IMG/VR virus record: IMGVR_UViG_2671180879_000003
Location: 3,799 to 67,798 of that record
Direction: 5' to 3' (one strand)
Length of the DNA stretch: 64,000 bases
Origin: a virus
Taxonomy: Duplodnaviria; Caudoviricetes
This document shows, piece by piece, positions 42,839 to 54,235 of this stretch. Both the position numbers and the translations under genes were made by a program. The stretch's first letter is position 1, and each line of letters starts with the position of its first letter. The notes under the pieces are model-generated. The model saw only the letters and a list, made by a program, of their open reading frames with translations, was not told the origin of the DNA and searched no databases.

Positions 42839-43531
42839 TTATATCACCTTAACAGACTCTTTCGTTACCCATCCCATCCATCCACCATTCATATCAGTTA
42901 CATGGTATGGATACTTACGACCATCCCTTTTTATGAAATTTATCTTACCTCTATAGTTTCTAAGGGTCATTCCTGGTCCTTTGCCCCAACTATCTCTATG
43001 TAATCTTCCATTAACTATGACAGTACACCCTATAGTTATATTTCCAGATGCATTATTCCTATTATTGTTAGTATTTCTGTTTGGTCTTTTACTTTCATAA
43101 TCTGAAATTTTGACCTCTTTTACTTTTACTTCTCTATATTCCTTTATGCTAATCGTAAAATTGACATCATTAGAACCATATTTATATCCATATTCAAAGC
43201 TTTCAATTAAAACCATAAGGTTTATATCTGTATCACTTACTATAAATCTTATAGGCTTTTTATCTCCCCTTACTTGTTCTATAAAATCAATATAATATTT
43301 TGGTTCTTGAAATTGATTTTTAGTCCTTATAAATGGATATATATTATCTTTAGGTAAAAAACTTTCAAATTCTATAGTAGATAACTTTTTATCTTTTGCA
43401 ATATTAATTTCTCCAAGCTTTACAACCTCTTTTGTTTCATTAGATCCTTCAATTTTAACTTTTAATTCTTCTGGATTTATAGGGAATTGAATCACCAATC
43501 CCCTATACTCCATAAAAACCCCTACAGACAC
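42839..43531 (-). CDS. XkdP-like tail protein with SH3-like C-terminus
   Basis: FPINPEE N-terminus; follows tape measure. Confidence 0.75.
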   Translation of the reverse strand: MSVGVFMEYRGLVIQFPINPEELKVKIEGSNETKEVVKLGEINIAKDKKLSTIEFESFLPKDNIYPFIRTKNQFQEPKYYIDFIEQVRGDKKPIRFIVSDTDINLMVLIESFEYGYKYGSNDVNFTISIKEYREVKVKEVKISDYESKRPNRNTNNNRNNASGNITIGCTVIVNGRLHRDSWGKGPGMTLRNYRGKINFIKRDGRKYPYHVTDMNGGWMGWVTKESVKVI

Positions 43532-45975
43532 TAAGCATATACCCCCTCTACTATTGTATTAGATAGAGCTTCTTCAGTCATATCTTCTATTGCAGATAAA
43601 ATTTTATTTATATCAGCTGTTTCTGTTACAGGCCCTGTAAATTCAACCTTCATATTAGGTCTTAATGTAGTATATTTATTAATAAATTCAGCTTTTGATA
43701 TATCCTTTAACATCTTAATATCTTCATCAGTTATTTTTACATCATCTTCTATTTTTCCTATTTTATCTAGTTTTCCACCGTTAATTTTATCAGATAAACC
43801 TGCAGGCATTTTTCCAGCTCCGCCAACTCCGGATCCTGGTCCTTTTCCTTTTCCATTAGATCCATTTGTCATTGGATTATTTGAGAAATTAGGCATTCCC
43901 ATCCCTTTATCCATACCAACTCCATCTGGTAATTTAGGCATTTTAAACATACTTAATGGATTTCCAAATATACTTCCTTTACTACCAAGTGAACTTGCAA
44001 AATCATGACCTTTATTAAACCCTTTATTAAATGACTCTCCAATATTTTCATATTTTTTAAACTTTGTTTCTTTAACTCCACGCTTGGATTTAACATCTGA
44101 TTTAGCAGATTCTATCGCTGATTTAATATTATCTAAATTCCCAACTATATTTACTTCAACACCAGGAATCATATTTACTAAGTCTTGTAATGATTGAGCT
44201 ACCCATCTAACTTTATCTACTATATAAGTAGCCATATCTAAAAATAGCATTTGTATAGCACCGATAGGATCAATAAATAAATTATTTAAAAAATTAGCAA
44301 ACATAGCAAATTTATTATATAGAGGAATAATAACGGCATTTTCAATTATAGCTACTAAAGCATAGAATAAACCTACAATAAACCCTACTACATCCGCCGC
44401 AGTAACTCCTAATTGAATTAAAATAAATATAACTATTCCTATAGCTACAGCTACTAACAACATAATCCAATTTGCTGCAAGCCATTCAAGTGCATATAAA
44501 GCTAAAATTTGAATAGTTTCCCATAAACTCATCATTAACCCAACTAATGAAATAATCATTCCCGGTATAGCTTGTATAGCAGCAATTAACATTGGTATAA
44601 GAAAATATGCAATAATTGCTGCACCTATAGAAATTATTACTGGCATTAAATATATTAATACATCAATTAATCCACTGATCCAGGAAATTACTGTACTTAT
44701 AACTGATGCTATATTTATACCTAAAAGATTAAACACAAAAATTATTAATGTAATTACTCCTACTATGACTAATAATTGAACATTGGCCATAGCCCAAGCT
44801 ATTGCTGATGATATTGCAGCTAATACAGATTGAACTTTTAAAATTAACATTAGCATTGATAAAGCGATTAATATAGGTTCAATAAAAATAAAATTTTCTT
44901 TTAACCATGATGCAGCATTTGCAATACCTTCTAATGCCATTACTCCCATATTTGCAAGTACCACAAAGCCATCTGATATATCATTTAAAAAAGTTGTTGC
45001 ATTTGAACTGTTAAGCCATTGGCTAAACCTTGCAGCTACTGGCTCCATTGCATTCATAAAGTTATTCTTTAATATTGTCATTTTCTGCCCAAATGTCATT
45101 GGCATTGAATCAAACTGTTTATTTACATCCTTTGTCGCATCATTCATTGCTTTTTTAATTATATCAGCAGTTATACCTCCTTCTGATGATATATCTTTAA
45201 GTTCTTCCTTTGATTTGCCCATGGATTTAGCAATAGCATTAGCCAATATTGGTGCTTTTTGTAAAATGGAACTAAAATCATCACCTTTTAATTTACCATC
45301 TTCCATGGCTTTAGTTACTTGTTCCATAGCAGAACTAGCATCTTTACCACTAGTACCTGAAATAGCAAACATTTTATTTAATGTTTCAACAAAAGATATA
45401 GCCTGATCATTATTTTTAAACTGATTGCCTGCAGTCATACTAAGCTTTGTTACTGCTTCTGTAGTATCTTTATAACTTGCCCCTGCTCTATTAGCACTTG
45501 CTAATATTTTATCTTGTAAAGCATTTGTTGTTTGCATTCCATCATTTATAACCTTAACCCTAGATTGCATCAAAGAGAGCTCATCTAAATATTCAGCTCC
45601 TTTAGTAACAAGTTCTATTCCCTTTTGAGCTGACCCAACTATTGAAGATGGGTTTAAAAAACCTGGTTCTTTAATATCTTTTGATTTTTTATCAGATTCT
45701 CCTTCATTTGAACCTTCTGATTTATTAGTAGGATTCCTTAAGTTCAAACTTGCCTGATTTGCTTTTTCTATATCACTTTTATATTTATTTAAAGCCTTAT
45801 CTGCTTGTTTTATTGCATTTTCTGCTTTTTTAAATTCTCTTTCTGAGATACCTTGCCCAACAGAACTATTTACTTTTCGCAAGACTTTTAAGGTATTTTC
45901 CATAGCACTATTTATTTTGTTGAAAACAGGTGTCATCTTATCTTGCATAATAATTGCATTACTTATTGTAGCCAT
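43531..45975 (-). CDS. Tape measure protein
   Basis: 814 aa, tape-measure domain and hydrophobic middle. Confidence 0.88.
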   Translation of the reverse strand: MATISNAIIMQDKMTPVFNKINSAMENTLKVLRKVNSSVGQGISEREFKKAENAIKQADKALNKYKSDIEKANQASLNLRNPTNKSEGSNEGESDKKSKDIKEPGFLNPSSIVGSAQKGIELVTKGAEYLDELSLMQSRVKVINDGMQTTNALQDKILASANRAGASYKDTTEAVTKLSMTAGNQFKNNDQAISFVETLNKMFAISGTSGKDASSAMEQVTKAMEDGKLKGDDFSSILQKAPILANAIAKSMGKSKEELKDISSEGGITADIIKKAMNDATKDVNKQFDSMPMTFGQKMTILKNNFMNAMEPVAARFSQWLNSSNATTFLNDISDGFVVLANMGVMALEGIANAASWLKENFIFIEPILIALSMLMLILKVQSVLAAISSAIAWAMANVQLLVIVGVITLIIFVFNLLGINIASVISTVISWISGLIDVLIYLMPVIISIGAAIIAYFLIPMLIAAIQAIPGMIISLVGLMMSLWETIQILALYALEWLAANWIMLLVAVAIGIVIFILIQLGVTAADVVGFIVGLFYALVAIIENAVIIPLYNKFAMFANFLNNLFIDPIGAIQMLFLDMATYIVDKVRWVAQSLQDLVNMIPGVEVNIVGNLDNIKSAIESAKSDVKSKRGVKETKFKKYENIGESFNKGFNKGHDFASSLGSKGSIFGNPLSMFKMPKLPDGVGMDKGMGMPNFSNNPMTNGSNGKGKGPGSGVGGAGKMPAGLSDKINGGKLDKIGKIEDDVKITDEDIKMLKDISKAEFINKYTTLRPNMKVEFTGPVTETADINKILSAIEDMTEEALSNTIVEGVYA

Positions 45976-45981
45976 AGACTT

Positions 45982-46161
45982 TTACCTCCTTTTTTTAAGT
46001 CTTGCTTGTTCCTTTTTCTCTTCTCTTATTCTTTCATCAATCATTTCAATTACTAATGCTTTTTCACTTAATGAGAGATTTGCAAATTGACCTGGTGGCC
46101 AACGAAACTTATGTAGACAATAATATGCATACATAGTTTCTCCATCTCCCTCTTTTATTAG
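45982..46161 (-). CDS. -1 frameshift extension of XkdN chaperone
   Basis: A AAA AAC heptamer at 46167-46161; -1 frame LIKEGDGETMYAYYCLHKF open to 45982. Confidence 0.72.
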   Translation of the reverse strand, partial: LIKEGDGETMYAYYCLHKFRWPPGQFANLSLSEKALVIEMIDERIREEKKEQARLKKRR

Positions 46162-46565
46162 TTTTTTGCTTCTTCTCTAAGCCCCTCCAAATCTTTATCA
46201 AAACCAGATAATGAACTTATTTCTTCAACTAGAGTTGCAACTTCTCCTGCTAATAAAACTTTATTTAATAATTGTTGTGGAGTCATACATCCAGCTTTTT
46301 TTATTGACTCTGAATTTCTAAAATTAGGTTCTACAGTATAATTTATAACAAGTTGTTCATTAAACATCTTACTATCAAAATTGACTTTTCCTTTCTTTCC
46401 AACCTTAGTACATTGCTTTTGTAAATCTGAAAACTCATCTGGTGAAACTGCTTTTATTTTAAATTTCATTATTTTATCACCATCTGTAAATCTATCTGAC
46501 ACTATAACTTCCTCTGTTAAATTATCTATTGGGTTACTTACTAAAAAATCCATTAATTTTGACAT
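46158..46565 (-). CDS. XkdN-like tail assembly chaperone
   Basis: VEPNF...LLAGE...LSGF. Confidence 0.85.
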   Translation of the reverse strand: MSKLMDFLVSNPIDNLTEEVIVSDRFTDGDKIMKFKIKAVSPDEFSDLQKQCTKVGKKGKVNFDSKMFNEQLVINYTVEPNFRNSESIKKAGCMTPQQLLNKVLLAGEVATLVEEISSLSGFDKDLEGLREEAKN

Positions 46566-46642
46566 ATATATTCCTTCTTCCTTTATAATAAATTTTGTAA
46601 TGAAAAAGCTAACTTATAAGTTAGCCTTTTTTATTTCCTATA

Positions 46643-47110
46643 CTATTTTAAATATGCTAATTCTTTAAATTCCTCTAACATTTCTGCATCATCAAATGTG
46701 AAGTCCATATCTTCTTCTAATGAATCATCATCTATATCTAATTTAGCTAATATAGTTGAATCTATATTACAGTTATAAAGTGCAGTTGTCTGTTTTCCAG
46801 CATCACTAGTTGGGTCATTGTTAGTAATTACCATATCGAAGTAGATATCTTTACCTGTTTTTATATATTCAATCGCTAGCTTTCTAAATAATGAACTTAC
46901 ATAATGTACTGTCATTGATCCAGACCCACTCCATCCAGTTGTTTTATGTTGAGTTGCTCTTGCTCCAATCACCTGTATTTCTGATTTATTTTTTTCCATA
47001 GTTGCCTCAAGAGATTTTATGTTAAACAGCTTGTGTATCTCACCGTTTATATTTATTTGTGCAAATCCCTCTTTCCCACAAATGGTATCATTAGCTTTTA
47101 AGTATGTCAT
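46643..47110 (-). CDS. Tail tube protein (XkdM)
   Basis: HKTTGWSGSGSMT...NNDPTSDAGKQ. Confidence 0.9.
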   Translation of the reverse strand: MTYLKANDTICGKEGFAQININGEIHKLFNIKSLEATMEKNKSEIQVIGARATQHKTTGWSGSGSMTVHYVSSLFRKLAIEYIKTGKDIYFDMVITNNDPTSDAGKQTTALYNCNIDSTILAKLDIDDDSLEEDMDFTFDDAEMLEEFKELAYLK

Positions 47111-47121
47111 TTAATTTCCTC

Positions 47122-48444
47122 CTATCCTACTGAAACTGTCATATATAATTTCTCCATTGCATCAATAGGCTTTATACCTATATCCACTAATACAGAATCT
47201 ATTTCATTTCCTACAGAAATTGATATATCTTCGTTTTTAAAATCTTCTATAGCTCCTAATTTATTTAGTTCTTTTAAATATGAAATAATATCTGATTTAA
47301 AGGATGTTCTCCCATCTTCATTGTTATTGATTTTTCCTAAATAAGTTTTTTCAAACATATTTTTTATACTATTGTTTATATCATCTAAAGTTCTAATGAC
47401 TCTATTTTTACAAAAGTCTCTAGATTTAGTTGATGAGAAATCAGTAAATGTATTTATATCAGTTTCTACAACAACACTTTCATCTTGTCTAAAGGTAATA
47501 ATAAATTTACCTTTACGTATTCCTTCTTTTATTTCATCATCTGTTTTAGGGTTTATTATCTCAACAGCTCCTGGTATTACTGTATATGTATTAGATTTAT
47601 TTAATGAAGCCCCTGATGTTAACCCTGTAACGTACCCAACAAATCCATTTACTCCTACAGTTGTATCTTTTGTCTTATAACCTTGATCTACCGATATAAC
47701 ACCTTCATAATTTGCTTCTGAAAAATCATTTATTACACACTGTATCTTTTTACCTTTTTCTTCTCTAGACTGCTTAATAAAAGTAGTTATTTTCTCTTTA
47801 ACATCTTTATTAGTTGTGTAAACTCCCATAGTATTAAAATATTTATTATTAATAAGATCTATATATCTAGAATAATTCTCAATACTTTCTGTTCCATTAG
47901 ATCCTGAAGTTAGTTTTATACCCGCATTGGCAACTAACTTTCCACTTCCAGCGAAATCAACCCAACAGTTTCCTAAAAGTTCATCTATATTTGATGCTAA
48001 TTGTACATCAACAACTTTAGTATCTAAAAATGTTTTCACTTCAAATTTATCATTTTCTACATCTTTTATACTAACAGATAATCTATTCCCAACTGTTCCT
48101 GGATATTTAGCAACAATATTTAAAGAATCTATTGTAGCAGTTGCTTTCTGTCCATTACTATCGACTCTAAATACTAAACACTTATAACTGTTTTTTAATG
48201 CCTCTTTGATTGAAACAATCTCATTTTCATACCCATAGTAGCCTAATTTATCTAATATTTTTCCATCTGATAAATCCGAACTATTTATTTCTATCAACTG
48301 ATCATTTGGACCCCATCCCAAAACTATAGGTATAGTTGATATTCCTCTAATTCCAACCTTACCAGAAGGCTTAGAAATACTTTTGAAATTAATGTATGCT
48401 CCTGGTCTTATTTTATTTTGGCTTATAAAAGTTCCTCCTGCCAT
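47122..48444 (-). CDS. Tail sheath protein (XkdK)
   Basis: MAGGTFISQNKIRPGAYINF, KNRVIRTLD. Confidence 0.92.
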   Translation of the reverse strand: MAGGTFISQNKIRPGAYINFKSISKPSGKVGIRGISTIPIVLGWGPNDQLIEINSSDLSDGKILDKLGYYGYENEIVSIKEALKNSYKCLVFRVDSNGQKATATIDSLNIVAKYPGTVGNRLSVSIKDVENDKFEVKTFLDTKVVDVQLASNIDELLGNCWVDFAGSGKLVANAGIKLTSGSNGTESIENYSRYIDLINNKYFNTMGVYTTNKDVKEKITTFIKQSREEKGKKIQCVINDFSEANYEGVISVDQGYKTKDTTVGVNGFVGYVTGLTSGASLNKSNTYTVIPGAVEIINPKTDDEIKEGIRKGKFIITFRQDESVVVETDINTFTDFSSTKSRDFCKNRVIRTLDDINNSIKNMFEKTYLGKINNNEDGRTSFKSDIISYLKELNKLGAIEDFKNEDISISVGNEIDSVLVDIGIKPIDAMEKLYMTVSVG

Positions 48445-48866
48445 TACTTAACACCTCCATTTATATTCAATCCACCCATTTTACTTTTGGTTTCTTGTTC
48501 TTTTAAAATTCTTATATTATACGATATAAATATTTGCAAAGCATCATCTATTATTTCAGATTTTATGTTTTTGGGAGCCAATTTAAAATTATCTTGATCT
48601 ATGCAAGATAAAATCTCTTGTACTTTAAAGTCTACATCTTCAAATTCTGTACGTCCTTGATCATTAATATATCTAATATTAACTAACAAACTCTGCTTAA
48701 ATATATCTTTATTATATTTTACTTGTTCTGAATTTAGTTTAAATACAAAAAAACAAGGTTTTTTTAGACCTTGTATCTTCTTATCTTTATATATATAACA
48801 TTCTGGAAAATTTTGTTTTAATATTTTAGTTATTAAACTTATTATTGTTCCTGAATCTATCTTCAT
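48444..48866 (-). CDS. Tail terminator-like protein
   Basis: IQGLKKPCFFV; precedes sheath. Confidence 0.7.
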   Translation of the reverse strand: MKIDSGTIISLITKILKQNFPECYIYKDKKIQGLKKPCFFVFKLNSEQVKYNKDIFKQSLLVNIRYINDQGRTEFEDVDFKVQEILSCIDQDNFKLAPKNIKSEIIDDALQIFISYNIRILKEQETKSKMGGLNINGGVK

Positions 48867-48869
48867 GAT

Positions 48870-49262
48870 TTATTCAACTCCACATCTTTTAATAAACATA
48901 GCAAATTCTTTTTCAAAATTTTTAGGAATATTTCTTGCAACTTCTTCTATAGATATAGTCATCATATAATATCCCTCCACCCAACCATCACCATTTGGTG
49001 TAGAATGTCCCATCTCAACGTAAGATGCATATTCTTTATCATTATATAAATATACTATTAACTCATTTCCTTTTCTTGAAACTTTGGTTATTTCCCAGCT
49101 TTTTCTAAGTAATCCTGTATCTTCAGGAGTCCTTTGTTTCGTTTTTTCTAAAGCTTCAATAGCATTTTGGGTTAAAAAATTAAATAAAAACTTATTAAAT
49201 CCTATAGATATTTTTTTAAATTTATTTATAAATTCTTCAAATTCACTATAATTAAAACTCAT
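48870..49262 (-). CDS. HK97 gp10-family neck protein
   Basis: TPEDTGLLRKSW, YASYVEMGH. Confidence 0.85.
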   Translation of the reverse strand: MSFNYSEFEEFINKFKKISIGFNKFLFNFLTQNAIEALEKTKQRTPEDTGLLRKSWEITKVSRKGNELIVYLYNDKEYASYVEMGHSTPNGDGWVEGYYMMTISIEEVARNIPKNFEKEFAMFIKRCGVE

Positions 49263-49643
49263 TTATACCTGTTTATTTTCTATTAATACAAATTCTTGAT
49301 CTATGTCGTATTTAATTGGTTTCCCTGCAATAGCTTTTATTATATCTACACATTTTCCATCTATAATTCTCTCCAAAGTTATAAAATCTCCTTTAAATAT
49401 TTCTGTATCTATAGAACAGAATACTTTAAATTTAACAAGTTCTCTATTTTCATATTGTTGTCTTAAATTATGTTCATCTTCTTTTATAGTAGATATTCTA
49501 CATGGTATATCTTTTAGTTTAGATTTATAATCAAGGACTTCCTTAATACTACCATCTTCCAATTCGACATCAATATATCTACTTATAGTCATCCTGTCTG
49601 TGTACATAATATCTAAATATTTAGATAATTGACTTAGTCTCAT
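49263..49643 (-). CDS. Head closure-like protein
   Basis: DIPCRIS motif, position. Confidence 0.65.
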   Translation of the reverse strand: MRLSQLSKYLDIMYTDRMTISRYIDVELEDGSIKEVLDYKSKLKDIPCRISTIKEDEHNLRQQYENRELVKFKVFCSIDTEIFKGDFITLERIIDGKCVDIIKAIAGKPIKYDIDQEFVLIENKQV

Positions 49644-49978
49644 TTTTTTAATCTCCTAAATCTATTTAATTCCTTTTTATATTTTATTAATATCTCATCT
49701 GTACTACGAATTCGTTTTGAATTTACAAAAGATATTTTTGTATCCCCTTGTTGGATGCTTTCAACTACTTCATCATTTTTTATATATTGATTAACTATTA
49801 TATCTACTGAAATATTAGCTAATATAAATTTAAGTTGAGTAGTTACTTCATTTAAATTACAATATGTGTTTATCATATCTATTGATTCTTCAATAGCCAT
49901 ATTTATTATATTATCCGGTATTTCATGTTCTACGTTAATAAGTTTAGCTTTAATTAAACCTTTAATATTCCCAATCAT
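49640..49978 (-). CDS. Head-tail connector (SPP1 gp15-like)
   Basis: INTYCN...SIQQGDTKISF...LNRFRRL. Confidence 0.75.
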   Translation of the reverse strand: MIGNIKGLIKAKLINVEHEIPDNIINMAIEESIDMINTYCNLNEVTTQLKFILANISVDIIVNQYIKNDEVVESIQQGDTKISFVNSKRIRSTDEILIKYKKELNRFRRLKK

Positions 49979-49989
49979 AAACTTATATC

Positions 49990-50931
49990 CTATTTACTAG
50001 CTGGTTTTGCTTCTTTAAAGTTTGCATAAACCGAATTAATTTTATTGTCTAGAACCCATATATCATGATATCTTCTATAATCCATTGCCCAAGCATTAGC
50101 TTCTTGATTAGTTTGAGGATCAAATATTCTCATTATATCTTGTTTAGTTACAGCTATAGGAATATCTCTAGGAACTATTAAAAAGTTACATTCTATACCA
50201 TTTTCTGCTTTCACATATCCACCCTTTTCTTCTCCACTAGTTACACCATCGTATAATTTAATCATAGAGTACATTCTATTTTGTGGAGTTGGTATTAATG
50301 GACATCTGTCTATTGATGGCACTTGAGTATCTATCCCACCTTGACTAAAAGTAACTGAAGATAATTTTCCTAAAGCTGCTATTTCGACCTCAGTTAAAGC
50401 ATCATAAGTTAAATGAATTATTAATTCTCCATTATACCCATTATTTCTTATTGTCTTTATACCGTTTTTTATTTTTTGTATTATATCTTTTGATGTTGGC
50501 GTATATGAATACTCAACATTTTTATCACCATCTACCTTCATAGCTGTAGTTGCCAATGCAGATAATCGGTATGCATCTATCTCTGGAATCACTTGAGTTC
50601 TTTGGAATTCGCCCATTATATTTCCTGCCGTTAATACAAATCCTGTTTCATCAACATCATTAGCATCTATAGAAAATTTTCTTCCTCTATCTTGAGTCAT
50701 CTCTTTTGTTTTATATTCAATATTTATAGTTCCTTTTTTAAATCCTGTCCCACCAGCTCTATCGTAATCTGCTAGCCCATCTACACTTAACTGAGGTACC
50801 TTAACTTCCTTACCTCCACTATATTTTACTTTACCTGAATTGACATCCATCCATCCTGTTAACATTGATTGTATTGCTGCTTTATCTAATTCATTTTGAA
50901 ATATTGTTGCATATTTTATCATATTACCCAT
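49990..50931 (-). CDS. Major capsid protein
   Basis: GLADYDR, TQDRGRKF, VIPEIDAYR. Confidence 0.88.
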   Translation of the reverse strand: MGNMIKYATIFQNELDKAAIQSMLTGWMDVNSGKVKYSGGKEVKVPQLSVDGLADYDRAGGTGFKKGTINIEYKTKEMTQDRGRKFSIDANDVDETGFVLTAGNIMGEFQRTQVIPEIDAYRLSALATTAMKVDGDKNVEYSYTPTSKDIIQKIKNGIKTIRNNGYNGELIIHLTYDALTEVEIAALGKLSSVTFSQGGIDTQVPSIDRCPLIPTPQNRMYSMIKLYDGVTSGEEKGGYVKAENGIECNFLIVPRDIPIAVTKQDIMRIFDPQTNQEANAWAMDYRRYHDIWVLDNKINSVYANFKEAKPASK

Positions 50932-50960
50932 TTTTATACTTCCTTTCTGTTATAAATTGA

Positions 50961-51527
50961 TTATATTTTTCCATTTATTGCATCTGAAATTTGAGATGAT
51001 ATAGAGTTTTCATTTGCAGGAACTCCACTACTCCCTACAATTTTATAATATGGATTTTGTGTATATTGATCATCCTTTGAATCTTTAAATAAATAACATT
51101 TATTTTGCTTTAAATCTTTTATTTGCTCATCTAAACCCTCAAATTGACCATTTCTATATTTTATACCTTCCATACTAAGCAATGACTTAATATCTTTAAT
51201 ATCTTTACAATTAGTACTATTTAAAACTTTCTCTAACTCATAATTAAATTCTTTTTCATTCATTGCTTTTTTATATTTTAGTTCTAGATTATTAAGCTGA
51301 ACTTTATGCTCTTTCTTTAAAGATTCTATATCATCTTTAGTTGTTTTACATTGCAATGATTTTATGGTTGTATTAGCTTCATCTAGCCTTAAGTTTGCAT
51401 TTTCATAATCTGATTTAGGTACAAAATATTTAGGAATTTCAACATTTACATTTTTGATAATCTCATCAACTTGTAATTTATTATCTTTCACTTCTGCTTT
51501 ACTTAAAATTTCTTTTAACCAATCCAT
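50961..51527 (-). CDS. Scaffolding protein
   Basis: FVPKSDY, GLDEQIKDLK...YLF. Confidence 0.8.
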   Translation of the reverse strand: MDWLKEILSKAEVKDNKLQVDEIIKNVNVEIPKYFVPKSDYENANLRLDEANTTIKSLQCKTTKDDIESLKKEHKVQLNNLELKYKKAMNEKEFNYELEKVLNSTNCKDIKDIKSLLSMEGIKYRNGQFEGLDEQIKDLKQNKCYLFKDSKDDQYTQNPYYKIVGSSGVPANENSISSQISDAINGKI

Positions 51528-51625
51528 ATTTAATCCTTTCCTCTTATAAACCTTCTATAGTAATCTTTGTTCTTTACCCTCTTCAAATAATAAAAAAGAG
51601 CAAAATAAAGACATATAATTTATAA

Positions 51626-52939
51626 TTATATGTCTTTATCACTTGCTTTATCGTTGCATAGGGATAATTCTGTTTCTTCTTCCTCCATCAACTTGTAAGC
51701 TTCTTCTGGATTTTCAACCCATGGATGATTTTTAATTATTAGCTTTTTAGGAATTACACCTACACTTATTTGTGCTATTTGTGCATTTTCTAAATCATTA
51801 GATATCATATTTCTTGTATACGTCTGGTGTATCTTTATATCTGAATTAATATTTAAATATCTAAGTATAACCTTTATTAATTTATTAAAACTTTTTTTAA
51901 ATTCAGTCTCAACTAATCCAGCTTTTAGCTCTAGTTTTCTATAAAAAAACTTCAACGCAACACCACTAGCATTTCCAAAACTCTCAGTATCTTGTTGAAG
52001 TCCTTGACCACTCTCATATATTTGTATTTTTAGTATATCTAATAATTTAGTTCTTGCTTCTACAGGTATTTCAATTTGCAATGTTTTAACACTTCCTGAT
52101 CCTCCTGTAGGATCACTATCTGTTTTAACAGCTTTATATCTTTTTAAATCTCCTAAAAATTCCTTTAAATCTTCTCCTCCATAGTTTTCAAGTATGTATA
52201 TAACTTGTTGTATATCTTCTAGATCATTTGCATATCCACTAGAAACTTTGTCATATATATCAATTAGATTTTTATACTTATCTAAATCATTTTGAAATCT
52301 ATTGTTATTTCTAAATTCTATAAAAGGAACTTCTCCAAATTTATGACCTATTGCATCTACTGGTTTATAAAATTTACTTTCAATTGAATTTAACGTTCCT
52401 AAAATATAATACTTTTCCATTTTAGAATCAGTCCAAACTTCAAATATAATTATATTTTTATTATTTTCAATAGTTTCATAATATCTATATACTGTAGATA
52501 TTTTGCTTTTTCTATTATCTGCATACTTAACTATAATATCTTCAGTCGGTACCATATAATATTCAAAGTCTAGATTCTCATTGCAACAGTAATATATAAA
52601 TGCATTTGCAGCATTACTTACCTCTATGCATAAATCTTTACATACACTTTCAAATTCATCACCTAATAACTTGTTAACTTTTTTATTAATTTCCTTACTC
52701 CCTAGATCAAATAATACTGGATATGTAAATAAATATGCTGCCTTTTCATCAACCATAAGTTGGTGAAAATTGTGGCTTATCCTATTATCTGCATTTCTTA
52801 GTGGATCTGTCCTATCATTTTTAGATACTCCTAAATTTAAAATATCATTTTTATTGCAATAATACATTTTTGTTTTTAATATTTTCTCCCTACGAGGTAT
52901 ATCATCTCTTATAATTTTTATAATTTCATCGATTTTCAT
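51626..52939 (-). CDS. Portal protein (SPP1 family)
   Basis: ADNRISHNFH, GEVPFIEF, GNASGVALKF. Confidence 0.9.
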   Translation of the reverse strand: MKIDEIIKIIRDDIPRREKILKTKMYYCNKNDILNLGVSKNDRTDPLRNADNRISHNFHQLMVDEKAAYLFTYPVLFDLGSKEINKKVNKLLGDEFESVCKDLCIEVSNAANAFIYYCCNENLDFEYYMVPTEDIIVKYADNRKSKISTVYRYYETIENNKNIIIFEVWTDSKMEKYYILGTLNSIESKFYKPVDAIGHKFGEVPFIEFRNNNRFQNDLDKYKNLIDIYDKVSSGYANDLEDIQQVIYILENYGGEDLKEFLGDLKRYKAVKTDSDPTGGSGSVKTLQIEIPVEARTKLLDILKIQIYESGQGLQQDTESFGNASGVALKFFYRKLELKAGLVETEFKKSFNKLIKVILRYLNINSDIKIHQTYTRNMISNDLENAQIAQISVGVIPKKLIIKNHPWVENPEEAYKLMEEEETELSLCNDKASDKDI

Positions 52940-53020
52940 ATTCCACCTCCTATAATTAAAATTTAGTTTTTAAATAAATCTCTAACCATAAATAATTGAT
53001 CATGTATTTTTTTACTTTAA

Positions 53021-54235
53021 TTATTTAAAAACTCTTAATCCACTACCTTTGCTCTCTGTATAAATTGCATATCTAAGTGCATCCAATACATCATCCCACA
53101 GCTTAATAGGTTCTCCTGTTGTTTTATTCCAAGCATACATAAAAATTTCTTTTTTAAATAAATCAGTATGTTCCTTTACTACCTTTAATTTATTAGTCTT
53201 AAATCCTTTTGCTACTACTTCAATTCCACTTAATACTGATTTATCAGCATTTTTAGCTCTTAGACCTTCCTTTTTAAATCTTGCTACATGTTCAGGTCTT
53301 GCACTATCACAATAAAAAATTATATTTCCATATTTACTTTTTATTGTTTTAGCTACATCTACCCAATAATCAATTTCTTCATACTGTCTTGCATACTCTC
53401 TTAATAAATATAAATTTTCATTATCATCTTTTCCTATAACAACTATAGAACCATGATGTTCATATCCCCAGTCAACACCTGCAAAAAATTTTACAAAATT
53501 TATATTTTTTAAATTACTTTCACTTATGTAATGAATATCTTTTCTAAAGTCTCTATAAACAATTCCTTCTGCAGATACCCATAATCCCTTTATATCTCTA
53601 TCATAAAACATTCCAGATGGAGTTGATGCTTTAATATTGTTTCTATATCTCTCACTTAAAAATGTATTCTCATCTAACTCATAGTGATAAGCTTGTATTA
53701 TTTTTCCATCTGCTTTATCTATAAAGTTTGATTTTAGCCAGTGTTCTGGTTGATCTGGATTTGTATCTATTAATATTCGTGCTCCTTCACCAGAACATCT
53801 TGCTTTAATTTCATTAAAAACTTCTTCATTTGCCATAGTTCCTTCGTTTATATATGCTCCAAATGAAGTCATCCCTCTTATTCTTCCTAAATCATTTTTT
53901 TTTGAATGTCCAAAACAGCATACTTGAACTCCAAATAAAATAAATCTATTGTGTTTGTCAAACTTAAACTCAATATCATATTTATTTGTAAGTTCATTTA
54001 AAACATTTCTTTGAACCGATCCTAAATCAGCACCTGCTAAAATATATTGAGGTAATGTAATATTTAATTCATCAGCTATCTTTCTAACTCTTCTTAATTC
54101 ATATATAAATAAATCATTATCTAAAATAGTTTTTCCTGTTCTTTTTGCACCATGATTAATTAACATAAAAAAATCGTTGGTCATTGCAAAGTTCATTACT
54201 TCTAATTGTTTTTTATGATATAAATCATTTAACAT
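53021..54235 (-). CDS. Terminase large subunit (PBSX family)
   Basis: GAKRTGKT, DTNPD, GVDWG, DDVLDALRY. Confidence 0.92.
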   Translation of the reverse strand: MLNDLYHKKQLEVMNFAMTNDFFMLINHGAKRTGKTILDNDLFIYELRRVRKIADELNITLPQYILAGADLGSVQRNVLNELTNKYDIEFKFDKHNRFILFGVQVCCFGHSKKNDLGRIRGMTSFGAYINEGTMANEEVFNEIKARCSGEGARILIDTNPDQPEHWLKSNFIDKADGKIIQAYHYELDENTFLSERYRNNIKASTPSGMFYDRDIKGLWVSAEGIVYRDFRKDIHYISESNLKNINFVKFFAGVDWGYEHHGSIVVIGKDDNENLYLLREYARQYEEIDYWVDVAKTIKSKYGNIIFYCDSARPEHVARFKKEGLRAKNADKSVLSGIEVVAKGFKTNKLKVVKEHTDLFKKEIFMYAWNKTTGEPIKLWDDVLDALRYAIYTESKGSGLRVFK